64,000 nucleotides of DNA from Dehalococcoidia bacterium (GTDB taxonomy: Bacteria; Chloroflexota; Dehalococcoidia; Lucifugimonadales; Australimonadaceae). Position 1 is the first letter of the stretch. Each line of letters opens with the position of its first letter. Where the stretch lies: the NCBI GenBank assembly GCA_034422075.1, contig DAOUJX010000060.1, forward strand, positions 73,244-137,243, given 5' to 3'. Below the pieces are notes generated by a model. That model made no database searches and had not been told where the DNA came from. It saw only the letters and a program-made list of their open reading frames with translations. Below, piece by piece: positions 9,445 to 20,050 of this stretch. The position numbers and the translations under genes are program-made.

Positions 9445-10920
9445 CTACCCCAGGAAGCGGCGCAGCTGTGCAGCCTCTTCGATGTAGTGCGGCACATTGA
9501 CGGTGGCGGACTGCCTAAGGCCCGCCCATATCGCCGTCGTCAGGCCCTCGTGGACGCGGTCGCGCTCTTCCGCATAGCCGGACGCGATCTTGACGTACGG
9601 CTCGCCTAGGAGCTCGCGAATGCGCGACTCGTTGGCGTAGCGCAGCGCCGCAGCTAGGTCGTCGTCAAACGAGGGGTATACCTCGCGCACGAACGCCATG
9701 TCTTCGGCATCAAGCGCGGCGAGACCGAGAAGCTCCGGGGGCACACCGATGGAGTAGAGCGATGCGGCGAACCCGATGGCGCGCGGCAGCGTCACGTCAT
9801 CGCCGTTGCCGCCGAGCGAGCGCCCGTAGCCGAACAGGCCCACGTGCAGCTTGCGCTCTCGCCGCTTGGGTATCTGCGTGGACGCCTCCATGATGATGGG
9901 CGTCAACGCGCGCACCTGCGCCTGGTAGGCCGCGGACGTCTTGGCGATGATGGCCTGCGCACGCTCCTCATCGATCGGCTGCGCCTGGGTGCGCTCGCGC
10001 GCCATGATCCGGCTAATGGCCGCCGCCACTTGCTCCGACGGATGGTCGAACTTGAAGGCCGACTGGATGGTGAAGGTGTGCGCGCTGGGGTACTCGCGGA
10101 ATGCGCGCTCGACGTTCAGCGGGCTCAGGTGCCCCCGGAACGGCACCGCACCCGCCCCAATGATGGGGTAGAGCGGGATGCCCACCTCATCCTCCAGCCT
10201 GTCCAGCCGCGCCAGCCCTATCTTGAGCATCAGCTCGGCGGCCACCACGCCGAAGTTCAGCGCGGGGTCGCTGCGCGCTAGGAAGACGCGCTGGTACGGG
10301 ACGTCCGTCGTCTTCAAGAAGTCGCGCACGATCACGTCGCACGTCGTCATATGGTCAAGGTCCTCGATGAGCGGGATGACGCGGACGCGCTTGGGGAAGA
10401 ACTCGCCCACCCAGTCTTGCACCGTCGTGCTGCCGCGCAAGGGCTGGCGCTCCTGGCCGACGATGAAGGTCCGGTAGTAGGCGTCCACGAGCGCCAGCTC
10501 CTCCGCCGACGTCGTGAAGGGCAGGATGATCTCCTGGATGGGTGCGTCGATGTCATCGCCGTAGAACTCGTGCGCAACGTCCCACGCCTTGGGAACGCTC
10601 TGCAGCGCCTCCACCATCGACTTGCGCATCTCCAGTTCGATGCGCGGATTGGGCACGCGCAGCGTCAGGATGCAGTCCGTCCCCAAGCGGCGCTGGCGCT
10701 GGAAGAAGTTGGGGTGGCCGGTGAGGAGCTTCTGGACGACCTGGTTGTCGGCCTCCTTACCCTCCGAGTCCCACATCTGCTCGTCGCAGCCGAGGCTGAA
10801 GACCTCGACCGCCTCCATGATCTCGCCCTCGCCCTTCAGGACGCCACCGGACGAGTAGGAAGCGACAAAGGCGTTGTCGGGGTGCTGCGTGCTCATGCAC
10901 TTGGGGATGAGGGTAGTCAT
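9445..10920 (-). CDS. ppcA: phosphoenolpyruvate carboxylase, archaeal type
   Basis: 491 aa. The N-terminus MTTLIPKCMSTQHPDNA matches the archaeal-type PEPC signature, and the length is about half that of classical bacterial Ppc. Confidence 0.75.
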   Translation of the reverse strand: MTTLIPKCMSTQHPDNAFVASYSSGGVLKGEGEIMEAVEVFSLGCDEQMWDSEGKEADNQVVQKLLTGHPNFFQRQRRLGTDCILTLRVPNPRIELEMRKSMVEALQSVPKAWDVAHEFYGDDIDAPIQEIILPFTTSAEELALVDAYYRTFIVGQERQPLRGSTTVQDWVGEFFPKRVRVIPLIEDLDHMTTCDVIVRDFLKTTDVPYQRVFLARSDPALNFGVVAAELMLKIGLARLDRLEDEVGIPLYPIIGAGAVPFRGHLSPLNVERAFREYPSAHTFTIQSAFKFDHPSEQVAAAISRIMARERTQAQPIDEERAQAIIAKTSAAYQAQVRALTPIIMEASTQIPKRRERKLHVGLFGYGRSLGGNGDDVTLPRAIGFAASLYSIGVPPELLGLAALDAEDMAFVREVYPSFDDDLAAALRYANESRIRELLGEPYVKIASGYAEERDRVHEGLTTAIWAGLRQSATVNVPHYIEEAAQLRRFLG

Positions 10921-11016
10921 GGTGTCCTACTTGGCGCCGCGTCAATAATAGCGCGTGTTCGAATTGTGCGCTACGCAGGATTGCTGTTTTTCTGGCAATG
11001 CAGAATTCAACTATTC

Positions 11017-11043
11017 TTGACAACAAGAAATCCGGCATATAGC
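11017..11043 (+). promoter_or_regulatory. putative sigma70-type promoter of the parA cassette
   Basis: TTGACA (11017-11022), 15-nt spacer, TATAGC (11038-11043), within the only strongly A/T-rich intergenic tract (10921-11044). Confidence 0.3.
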
Positions 11044-11044
11044 C

Positions 11045-11854
11045 TTGCCACCGCATATCGGTGTGCCTATGCCAGACCCGCGGCAGCCAATGATACTCAC
11101 AGTCGCCAACCAGAAGGGCGGCGTTGCCAAGACGACCACCTCCGTCAACCTCGCCGCCTGCTTTGCCGAGCAGGGCAAGCGCACCCTCCTTGTCGACATG
11201 GACCCGCAAGGCGGCGACGCCGTCTGCCTCGGCATGGACACGACTGTCCTCGAACGCTCCATCTACGACGCGCTCGTCAAGCCCGGCGTTACGGTGGGCG
11301 ACGTGCTGGTCAGTACCAACTTCGGCTTCGACCTCGCCCCCGCCAACATCGACCTGGCCGGCGCGGAGATCGAACTGAAGCAGGCGCTCGCCGCCGAGAC
11401 GGTACTCCAGCGCCGCCTTAGGCCGCTGCACGAACAGTACGACGTCATCGTCATCGACACGCCCCCTTCCCTTGGCATCCTCACCGTCAACAGCCTGACC
11501 GCCGCCACCGAGATACTCATTCCCATCGCCTGCGAATACATGGCGCTGCGGGGGCTGCGGATGCTGCTCGACACGGTCGAGAGCGTCAAAGAGGTGACCA
11601 ACCCCAACCTGCACATCCTCGGCATCCTCGCCACGCGCTACGACGCGAGGACGGTAAATGGGCGCGAGGTCTACCAGTACCTAGGTGAGTTTGCGGAACG
11701 CGAGGGGCTTCGGCTCTTCCCCTATGTCATCCGCCAGTCCGTGCGCTTCATCGAGGCGCCCGGCTACCAGACGCCGCTCGTGCTGTGGCGTCAGAACGTC
11801 GACGGCGCCAAGCAGTACCGAAACGTCGCTAGGGAGATCATCAATGGCTACTAA
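11045..11854 (+). CDS. parA: ParA/Soj-family partition ATPase
   Basis: Deviant Walker A NQKGGVAKTT, LLVDMDPQG and VIIDTPPS. Start uncertain: TTG 11045, ATG 11069 or ATG 11090. Confidence 0.85.
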   Translation: MPPHIGVPMPDPRQPMILTVANQKGGVAKTTTSVNLAACFAEQGKRTLLVDMDPQGGDAVCLGMDTTVLERSIYDALVKPGVTVGDVLVSTNFGFDLAPANIDLAGAEIELKQALAAETVLQRRLRPLHEQYDVIVIDTPPSLGILTVNSLTAATEILIPIACEYMALRGLRMLLDTVESVKEVTNPNLHILGILATRYDARTVNGREVYQYLGEFAEREGLRLFPYVIRQSVRFIEAPGYQTPLVLWRQNVDGAKQYRNVAREIINGY

Positions 11855-12203
11855 GGGCAAGCGGCCAAGTTTTGCATTCCCCGAACTCGAGAGCCGCGGT
11901 CGCCGCACCATCCTGCGCTCCGCTGAGGAGGTGCAGGCCGAATTGGAGGCGCTCGACCGCACTGCCGTAGAGGTCGATGCCGCTCCAAAGCGCGTCAAGG
12001 TTACCTACCGCTTCCTGCCCGAGGCGGTCGAGGCGGTCGAGGACATCCGCCGCCTCTTGCGGCGCAACCACGGCGTCCGCAAGGTCAACCGCGAAGACAT
12101 CGCCCAGGCTGCCGTCCTCGAAGCGCTACGGCAGTTGGAGGAGTACGGCGCGGGCTGCTTCCTCGTTGACCAGTTCGGCGGCACCGAGGCCGACGACTCC
12201 TAA
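11844..12203 (+). CDS. small ParA partner protein, ribbon-helix-helix-like (ParG-type centromere-binding candidate)
   Basis: 119 aa from ATG 11844, overlapping the last 11 nt of parA. Basic N-terminal peptide MATKGKRPSF. The KVTYRFLPEAVEAVEDIRRLL...NREDIAQAAVLEALRQL pattern fits a beta-alpha-alpha (RHH) fold. The tracked ORF 11685..12203 starts inside parA. Confidence 0.5.
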   Translation: MATKGKRPSFAFPELESRGRRTILRSAEEVQAELEALDRTAVEVDAAPKRVKVTYRFLPEAVEAVEDIRRLLRRNHGVRKVNREDIAQAAVLEALRQLEEYGAGCFLVDQFGGTEADDS

Positions 12204-13084
12204 GACGTGCGCGGCGCGACGAACCCCGCCTTCCTGCGCCACTTGGGCGCGACCTTCACCCACAACTCCACGTACACCGGCCGTGCGAGCCGCTCCTCAA
12301 TGGCCGCCCGTGCCTCTACGCCCACTGTGCGCAGTGCCTGCCCGCCGCTCCCAATCAGCATCCGTTTCTGCGACTGCGCGTCAACGTAGATGACCGCGCG
12401 GACCAGGTCGCGCTCGTCCGCGCCGCGACGCACGTACTCCTCCACGTCCACCGCGACGTAGTAGGGAATCTCGTCGCGGTAGTGCTCAAAGACGCGCTCG
12501 CGGATGGCCTCGGCGATGAAGAATTCCTCCGGCCTGTCCGTCAGTGTCTCCGGCGCAAAGAGCGGCTCCTGCTCCGGCAGCGCGGCGGCCAGCTCGTCAG
12601 CCAAGGTGCCAACACCGTCGCCAGTGAGCGCGCTTAGCGGCACGATCTGCCGGAACGGGTGCGCTTCGGTGTAGGCCGCCATGATGGGCAGCAGCCGCGC
12701 CTTGGCCGTGGTGTCGACCTTGTTGAGCGCGAGCAGCGCCGGCGCGCGAGACTCGCGCAGCTGTTCCATGAACTGCCGCTCGACGTCGCCCGGCATGCGC
12801 GGCTCCGCGACGAGCACGGCAAGGTCAGCCTCGGCGAAGGCGGATGCCACCTGCCGCGCCATCGCCGCATCCAGCTCGTCTCGACCCTTGCGTAGGAAGC
12901 CCGGTGTGTCGAGCAGCGCGGCCTGAAAGCCCTCGCCGTGCAGCACGCCGAGCAGCTTGTGGCGCGTCGTGTGCGGCTTGGCGCTGACGATGGACAGCTT
13001 GTGTCCCACAAGCGCGTTCAGCAGCGACGACTTGCCCACGTTGGCGCGTCCGACGATGGCCACAAACCCGCTGCGAAAGGTCAT
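12200..13084 (-). CDS. era: GTPase Era
   Basis: GRANVGKSSLLN (G1), DTPG, NKVD, and a C-terminal KH-type region. Confidence 0.9.
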   Translation of the reverse strand: MTFRSGFVAIVGRANVGKSSLLNALVGHKLSIVSAKPHTTRHKLLGVLHGEGFQAALLDTPGFLRKGRDELDAAMARQVASAFAEADLAVLVAEPRMPGDVERQFMEQLRESRAPALLALNKVDTTAKARLLPIMAAYTEAHPFRQIVPLSALTGDGVGTLADELAAALPEQEPLFAPETLTDRPEEFFIAEAIRERVFEHYRDEIPYYVAVDVEEYVRRGADERDLVRAVIYVDAQSQKRMLIGSGGQALRTVGVEARAAIEERLARPVYVELWVKVAPKWRRKAGFVAPRTS

Positions 13085-13109
13085 GGGGCAATTATGGGGG
13101 ATGAGACGC

Positions 13110-13184
13110 TGGAGCGGGCGATGGGATTCGAACCCACGACAGCCTGCTTGGGAAGCAGGTACGCTACCACTGCGTCACGCCCGC
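13110..13184 (-). tRNA. tRNA-Gly (anticodon CCC)
   Basis: The reverse complement folds as a cloverleaf: GCGGGCG / ACGC-AGTGGTA-GCGT / CCTGC-TTCCCAA-GCAGG / GTGGG-TTCGAAT-CCCAT / CGCCCGC-T-CCA. 75 nt with encoded CCA. Confidence 0.9.
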
Positions 13185-13270
13185 ACCGCCGCCATTGTAG
13201 CCGCCGCTCTCCGACCCTGCCAGCCCGCGCGGTCGCCTGCGCGCCCATGCGGTAGACTAGTACGCACGCT

Positions 13271-14854
<1,584 letters not shown>

Positions 14855-14885
14855 GCGCGCGGGGCATTCTCAGCCCTCACCCCGG

Positions 14886-14909
14886 CCCTCTCCACCTCGT
14901 GGGAGAGGG
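14886..14909. terminator. hairpin between convergent cimA and FAD/Fe-S oxidoreductase genes
   Basis: CCCTCTCC (14886-14893), 8-nt loop, GGAGAGGG (14902-14909). No clear U-tract. Confidence 0.3.
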
Positions 14910-14916
14910 GACCTAC

Positions 14917-17847
14917 CTAATCCCGCAGCGCGTCGGCTAGGTATTCGGCCACGTGACGGGGGCGCTTGGAGGTGAAATGGCCGATCTGCTGGCGGCAGGA
15001 GATGCCGGAGACGGCTACGCGCCAGTCGCGCTTGTCGTCGGACTCGAGCGCGGGGAAGAGCTTGAACGCGCCCATCTGCTGCGATAGGTCGTAGTGCTCC
15101 TTCTCGAAGCCGAACGTGCCGGCCATCCCGCAGCAAGGCGAGTCGATAAGCTCCGCGGTGTAGCCGGGGACGGCATTCAGCGCAGACAGGGTCGGCGCGG
15201 CGCCGACGACAGCCTTTTGGTGGCAGTGGCCGTGGACCTGGATCGACGCCGATGCGCCGTCGGCGAATAAGGGCACGCCGTCGGCGTCCGCCGCCTCGTG
15301 ACGCTGCACCAGTTCGTCGAGCATCACCGCCTGGGATGCGACGACGGCGGCGGCCTCACTGCGCAGCAGGTCGGGGTACTCCTCTCGCAGAATGAGCAGG
15401 CACGAAGGCTCGGTACCGACGATCGGGACGCCCCGGTGCGCGTACGGCGCAAGCGCGGCGACGTTGGTCTCTGCCCAGCCCTTGGCCTTGGCGAGCAGCC
15501 CCTTGGAGATTGCGGGGCGTCCACAGCAACGACGCTGGCTTACGAGAGTGACCGAGTAGCCGAGCGCCTCCAGCACGCGCACCGCCGCCTGGCCGACCTC
15601 CGGGTGCATGTACTCGGTGAAGGTGTCGTTGAAGTAGACGGCCTCGCCGCGCGGCGCGTCCGCTCGAGTGCGGTGTCGCGCGAACCACGCGGAGAAGCGG
15701 CGTCGCGCGAAGCGGGGCAGCGGGCGCCGCCGCGAGACGCCGAGCATCCGCTCCACTAGCGCCCGCACGGGCGGCAGCGACGACAGCGCATTGGTAAGTG
15801 GCGCGAGCGCCTGCCCCGCGCGGCTGAGGCGAGCGATGTCGGCGAATGCGCGCACGCGCAGCGGGACGCGGCGCGTCTCCCAGCGCTTCGCCAGCACCTC
15901 CGCCTTGAGCTTGGCCATATCGACGTTGGAGGGACACTCCGCCTTGCACGCCTTGCACTCGACGCACAGGTCGAGCGCGGAATGGAGGCGGTCTCCCGTG
16001 AGGTCTTCAGCGGGAAGGCGTCCGGCCAAGACTGCGCGGAGCAGGTTTGCGCGGCCACGGGTCGAGTGCTCCTCCTCGCGCGTGACCATGAAGGAGGGGC
16101 ACATGCCGCCGTCGGTGCGCCGACACGCGCCCTGGCCGTTGCACAACTCGACGTGAGCGGCGAATCCCCCGTCCGTCGAGAAGTCCATGTAGGTGTCGAC
16201 CTCCATGTTGCGCGTCTCGGGACTGAGGCGCAGGTACTCGCGGATGCCGGGCGTCTCGATGATCTTGCCCGGGTTCATGATCCCATCGGGGTCGAACGCC
16301 TGCTTCAGCTCCCTAAAAGCGCCGTAGAGCTCAGGCCCGTACATCTTCTCCATGAACGCGCCGCGCACGATGCCGTCGCCATGCTCGCCGGAGAGAGAGC
16401 CCCCGAACTCGAGCACGAGGTCGGCCACCTCCGTAGCGATGCTCTCCAGCTTGTCGAGCCCCTCCTCCGTCTTGACGTTGACGATGGGGCGGATGTGCAG
16501 ACAGCCGGTGGAGGCGTGGCCGTAGTAGGCGGCCTCCGTGCCGTGGCGCCGGACGATCTCGTCGAAGCGCGCGACGTACTGGGGCAAGAGCTCGGGAGAG
16601 ACGGCGGTGTCCTCGACGTAGGGCAGCGGCTTGGCGTCTCCCTTGATGGCCATTGCAAGTCCGAGCCCCGCCTCGCGGAGCCCCCACATGTGCCGCTGCT
16701 GCGCGGGGTCGGAGGAGGTGACGATGGCGTAGCCGAGGCCGCGCCGTGTCAAGTCCTGCTTGACGCGCGCGAGCTTGGCGTCGATCTCCGCCAGCGTGTC
16801 GCCGTAGAACTCGATGAAGATGAGGTTCTGCGGCTCGCCCTCGACCCAGTCGAGGAGGTGGCGGAAGCCGGGGTTGATGCGGCAGTTGCGGATGATGAGC
16901 TCGCCTATCTGCTCCACGGCCGACGGCTCGTGCTCGAGTATCGCAACCGTCGCCTCCATCGCCTCGACGAGACCGTGGAAGTGGACGACGGCGGTGCCTC
17001 GCAGCTTGGGCACGGGCACGAGGCTCACCATGGCCTCGGTGACGACGGCGAGCGTCCCTTCCGATGCGCCGACCATGCGCGTGAGGTTCATGGGCGCATC
17101 ATTGACGAAGTCGTCGAGGTTGTAGCCGCTGACGCGCCGGAGGATCTTGGGGAAGCGCCGCTCCACGTCGTCACGGTGCTCGTAGGCGATGCGTCGCACC
17201 TCGCGGTAGACGCGGCCCTCAAGCGTGTCCTGCGACATCCGCCGCTCCAGCTCCGTGCCGCCTGCAGGGTCGAATCGCGCGCGGCTGCCGTCGGAGAGGA
17301 CGACCCTGACCTCGCGGATGTGGTCGAGCGTCTTGCCGTAGATGACGGAGTGCGCGCCGCACGAGTTGTTGCCGATACCACCGCCGACGGTGGCGCGTGC
17401 GCTGGTGACGGGGTCGGGCGCGTACATCAGGCCGTAGCGGCGCACGGCGGCGCTCAGGTGGTTGTTGACAATGCCCGGCTGCACGCGCGCCCAGCGCTCC
17501 TCCGGCTGCACCTCGAGCACCTGTCGCATGTACTTGGAGAAGTCAAGAACGAGCGCGTGGTTGGCAGTCTGGCCCGCGAGGCCGGTGCCGCCGCCGCGCG
17601 GAAGGACGGGAACGCCGTACTCGCGGGCGACCCGCACCGCCGCCTCGACGTCGTCCGCCGTCTGCGGCACGACGACGCCGACGGGCTCCATCTGGTACAT
17701 GGAGGCGTCGGTGGCGTAGAGCGCACGGTTGTAGCGGTCGACGCGGACGTCGCCGGCGACCTGGGGGCGCAGGCGCTCGGCGATCTCTTGCACATCTCGC
17801 TCCGGCAGCGTTGCCGCCTTGCGCGCACTCTCATACAACAACGGCAC
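14917..17847 (-). CDS. FAD-linked oxidase fused to Fe-S/CCG domains (GlcD-GlcF fusion, YdiJ-like)
   Basis: 976 aa. N-terminal FAD-binding PCMH-type domain (RGGGTGLAGQ), a central CxxCxxCxxxCP motif (CVECKACKAECP), and C-terminal CCG-type cysteine motifs (CCGRP, CCGMAG). Confidence 0.8.
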   Translation of the reverse strand: MPLLYESARKAATLPERDVQEIAERLRPQVAGDVRVDRYNRALYATDASMYQMEPVGVVVPQTADDVEAAVRVAREYGVPVLPRGGGTGLAGQTANHALVLDFSKYMRQVLEVQPEERWARVQPGIVNNHLSAAVRRYGLMYAPDPVTSARATVGGGIGNNSCGAHSVIYGKTLDHIREVRVVLSDGSRARFDPAGGTELERRMSQDTLEGRVYREVRRIAYEHRDDVERRFPKILRRVSGYNLDDFVNDAPMNLTRMVGASEGTLAVVTEAMVSLVPVPKLRGTAVVHFHGLVEAMEATVAILEHEPSAVEQIGELIIRNCRINPGFRHLLDWVEGEPQNLIFIEFYGDTLAEIDAKLARVKQDLTRRGLGYAIVTSSDPAQQRHMWGLREAGLGLAMAIKGDAKPLPYVEDTAVSPELLPQYVARFDEIVRRHGTEAAYYGHASTGCLHIRPIVNVKTEEGLDKLESIATEVADLVLEFGGSLSGEHGDGIVRGAFMEKMYGPELYGAFRELKQAFDPDGIMNPGKIIETPGIREYLRLSPETRNMEVDTYMDFSTDGGFAAHVELCNGQGACRRTDGGMCPSFMVTREEEHSTRGRANLLRAVLAGRLPAEDLTGDRLHSALDLCVECKACKAECPSNVDMAKLKAEVLAKRWETRRVPLRVRAFADIARLSRAGQALAPLTNALSSLPPVRALVERMLGVSRRRPLPRFARRRFSAWFARHRTRADAPRGEAVYFNDTFTEYMHPEVGQAAVRVLEALGYSVTLVSQRRCCGRPAISKGLLAKAKGWAETNVAALAPYAHRGVPIVGTEPSCLLILREEYPDLLRSEAAAVVASQAVMLDELVQRHEAADADGVPLFADGASASIQVHGHCHQKAVVGAAPTLSALNAVPGYTAELIDSPCCGMAGTFGFEKEHYDLSQQMGAFKLFPALESDDKRDWRVAVSGISCRQQIGHFTSKRPRHVAEYLADALRD

Positions 17848-17970
17848 CGGCGCTTACCTCCCTAGACGCGTGAGGGGGATTGTAGCGGATGGGGAGGGAG
17901 AGGCCCCACCCCCGACGATCTAACCCCTTGCGGCGATCCACATACGCGGGCTTAGCGCTACTCTATAGCC

Positions 17971-18594
17971 ATGTCTGACCAGTGCTCCCTCCTTCCCGAT
18001 GCACCCGACGGCACGCAGCAAGCGCCAGTGGCGGGCCTGCACTACCGGCCTTCCTTTCTCTCACCTGATGAGGAGGCTGCGTACATCAGACGCATCGACG
18101 CGAGCGAGGATGCGTGGCTCACCGACCTCAGCCGCCGCGTGCAACACTACGGCTGGCGGTACCACTATGCCCAGCGCACCATCACTGCCGACTTGCGTAT
18201 CGGCCCTTTGCCCGACTGGCTGCAGATGCTCGCTCAGCGCCTCTACGAGGAGACCGGCCTCTTCGAGCGTCCCCCCGAGCAGGTCATCGTCAACGAGTAC
18301 GAGCCAGGCCAGGGCATCGCTTTGCATACCGACCACCCGGGTTTTGGTCCAGCCGTCGCGACGATCTCGCTCGGCGACGAGTGGGAGATGGGCTTCTCGC
18401 GCCGTATCGGCAAGGACGAGGTGAAGGCGCGAAAGATGCTGGCGCGCGGTTCGGCCCTCATCCTGACGGGTGAGGCGCGGCGGCACTGGCGGCACGGCAT
18501 CGCCAAGCGCGCCACGGAGGGTGGCCGCCGCGGGCGCAAGCGCAGGCGGCGCCTGTCCCTCACCTTTCGCACGGTCATCCAACCGCTCTCCTAA
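17971..18594 (+). CDS. 2OG-Fe(II) oxygenase, AlkB-like
   Basis: VIVNEYEPGQGIALHTDH (HxD iron ligands), ...HGI..., and C-terminal RLSLTFR (2OG-binding Arg region). Confidence 0.7.
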   Translation: MSDQCSLLPDAPDGTQQAPVAGLHYRPSFLSPDEEAAYIRRIDASEDAWLTDLSRRVQHYGWRYHYAQRTITADLRIGPLPDWLQMLAQRLYEETGLFERPPEQVIVNEYEPGQGIALHTDHPGFGPAVATISLGDEWEMGFSRRIGKDEVKARKMLARGSALILTGEARRHWRHGIAKRATEGGRRGRKRRRRLSLTFRTVIQPLS

Positions 18595-18622
18595 CGCATT
18601 GCCGTGATGCTACCCTGTAGCG

Positions 18623-19966
18623 GTGTTTGAGACGCTGACCGATAAGCTCACGTCCGTCTTCACGCGCCTTGGCAATAAGGGGCGGCTGGGCGAGGCGGAC
18701 GTCGATGAGGCGCTGCGCGAGGTTCGGCTCGCGCTCCTTGAGGCCGACGTCAACTTCCGCGTCGCGCGCGAGGTCATCGAGCGCATCCGCGCCCAAGCCA
18801 CCGGCGAGGCGCTGCTGCGCGGCATCTCGCCCGGCCAGCAAGTCGTCAAGATCGTCCATGAGGCGCTCGTGGAGTTGCTCGGCGGCGAGAACCGCGACCT
18901 CGCGCCCATGTCGTCATCCAAGCCCAACGTCCTGATGCTCATCGGCCTGCAGGGGTCGGGGAAGACGACGACTGCGGCCAAACTCGCGCTGAACCTGCGC
19001 CGCCGCCAGCAGCGCGCGCTGCTCGTTGCAGCCGACCTGCGCCGCCCCGCCGCAATCGACCAGCTGGAAACGCTGGGCAAGCAGTTGGACGTGCCGGTCT
19101 ACCGCGAGAACGCCGCGCCCGACCAGGCGACGCGCGTCGCCGCCAACGGTCTGAAGCAAGCCGAGCGCATGGGCATGGCGTGGGCCATCGTCGACACCGG
19201 CGGGCGTCTCCATGCGGACGACGACCTGATGGCAGAGCTGGAGGAGATGAAGCGCCGCCTCGACCCTGCCGAGGTGCTGCTGGTCGTCGACGCGATGACG
19301 GGGCAGGACGCCGTGAACGCTGCGGAGGAGTTTCACGGGCGTATAGGGCTGACGGGCCTCATCCTCTCGAAGCTCGACGGCGATGCACGCGGGGGCGCTG
19401 CGCTCACGGTGGCGCACGTCACGGGCGTGCCCGTCAAGTTCGCTGGCACCGGCGAGAAGGCAGACGCGCTCGAGGCGTTCCACCCCGAGCGGATGGCATC
19501 GCGCATCCTGGGTATGGGCGACGTGGTAACCCTGGTCGAGCGCGTGCAGGAGCAGGTGAGCGCGGAGCAGGCGATGGAGCTGGAGCGCAAGGTGCGCCGC
19601 GCCCAATTCGACCTGGACGATTTCCTTCAGCAGCTGCGGCAGATACAGAACATGGGCTCGCTCGCGTCGCTGATGCAGATGGTGCCCGGATTCCGCGCGC
19701 TATCCTCGCGGATGTCGCCGGACGCCCTGGACGACGGGCGGCTCAAGCGTCTTGAGGCCATCATCTCGTCTATGACGCTTTGGGAGCGCCGCCACCCCGA
19801 CCAGTTGACGGGGAGCCGGCGCCGACGGGTTGCAGCCGGCTCCGGCACGACCCCTGCAGACGTCAATCAGCTGCTGGGACAGTTCAAGCAGATGCAAAAA
19901 GTGATGAAGCGCCTATCGTCCGGCAAGGTGCGCAGCCTCAGCGGGCTGGGCCTGGCGGGGGTGTAG
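18623..19966 (+). CDS. ffh: signal recognition particle protein Ffh
   Basis: GLQGSGKTTTAAKLA, DTGGR, SKLDGDARGGAAL, and a Met-rich M domain (MGSLASLMQMVPG). GTG start at 18623. Confidence 0.95.
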   Translation: MFETLTDKLTSVFTRLGNKGRLGEADVDEALREVRLALLEADVNFRVAREVIERIRAQATGEALLRGISPGQQVVKIVHEALVELLGGENRDLAPMSSSKPNVLMLIGLQGSGKTTTAAKLALNLRRRQQRALLVAADLRRPAAIDQLETLGKQLDVPVYRENAAPDQATRVAANGLKQAERMGMAWAIVDTGGRLHADDDLMAELEEMKRRLDPAEVLLVVDAMTGQDAVNAAEEFHGRIGLTGLILSKLDGDARGGAALTVAHVTGVPVKFAGTGEKADALEAFHPERMASRILGMGDVVTLVERVQEQVSAEQAMELERKVRRAQFDLDDFLQQLRQIQNMGSLASLMQMVPGFRALSSRMSPDALDDGRLKRLEAIISSMTLWERRHPDQLTGSRRRRVAAGSGTTPADVNQLLGQFKQMQKVMKRLSSGKVRSLSGLGLAGV

Positions 19967-19970
19967 CGAG
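19927..19970 (+). repeat. direct repeat copy 1 (attL-like), containing the functional ffh stop codon
   Basis: GGTGCGCAGCCTCAGCGGGCTGGGCCTG[G]CGGGGGTGTAGCGAG recurs at 20850-20893 with a single difference (G at 19955 versus C at 20878). Confidence 0.9.
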
Positions 19971-20050
19971 AGCTAGGGGTAGCCTGCGGCACCGGGCGAA
20001 GCTAATGGCGAGTCCCGCCCTCAAGGGTTAAGCTGCAAAGGACTGGACTG

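Noticed and set aside
15982-17865. 627-aa plus-strand ORF covering most of the FAD/Fe-S oxidoreductase locus
   Set aside because: It is antisense to a gene with strong, continuous family motifs. Its own translation is Arg/Ala/Gly/Val/Leu-rich with no recognisable motif. This is a typical shadow ORF of high-G+C DNA.
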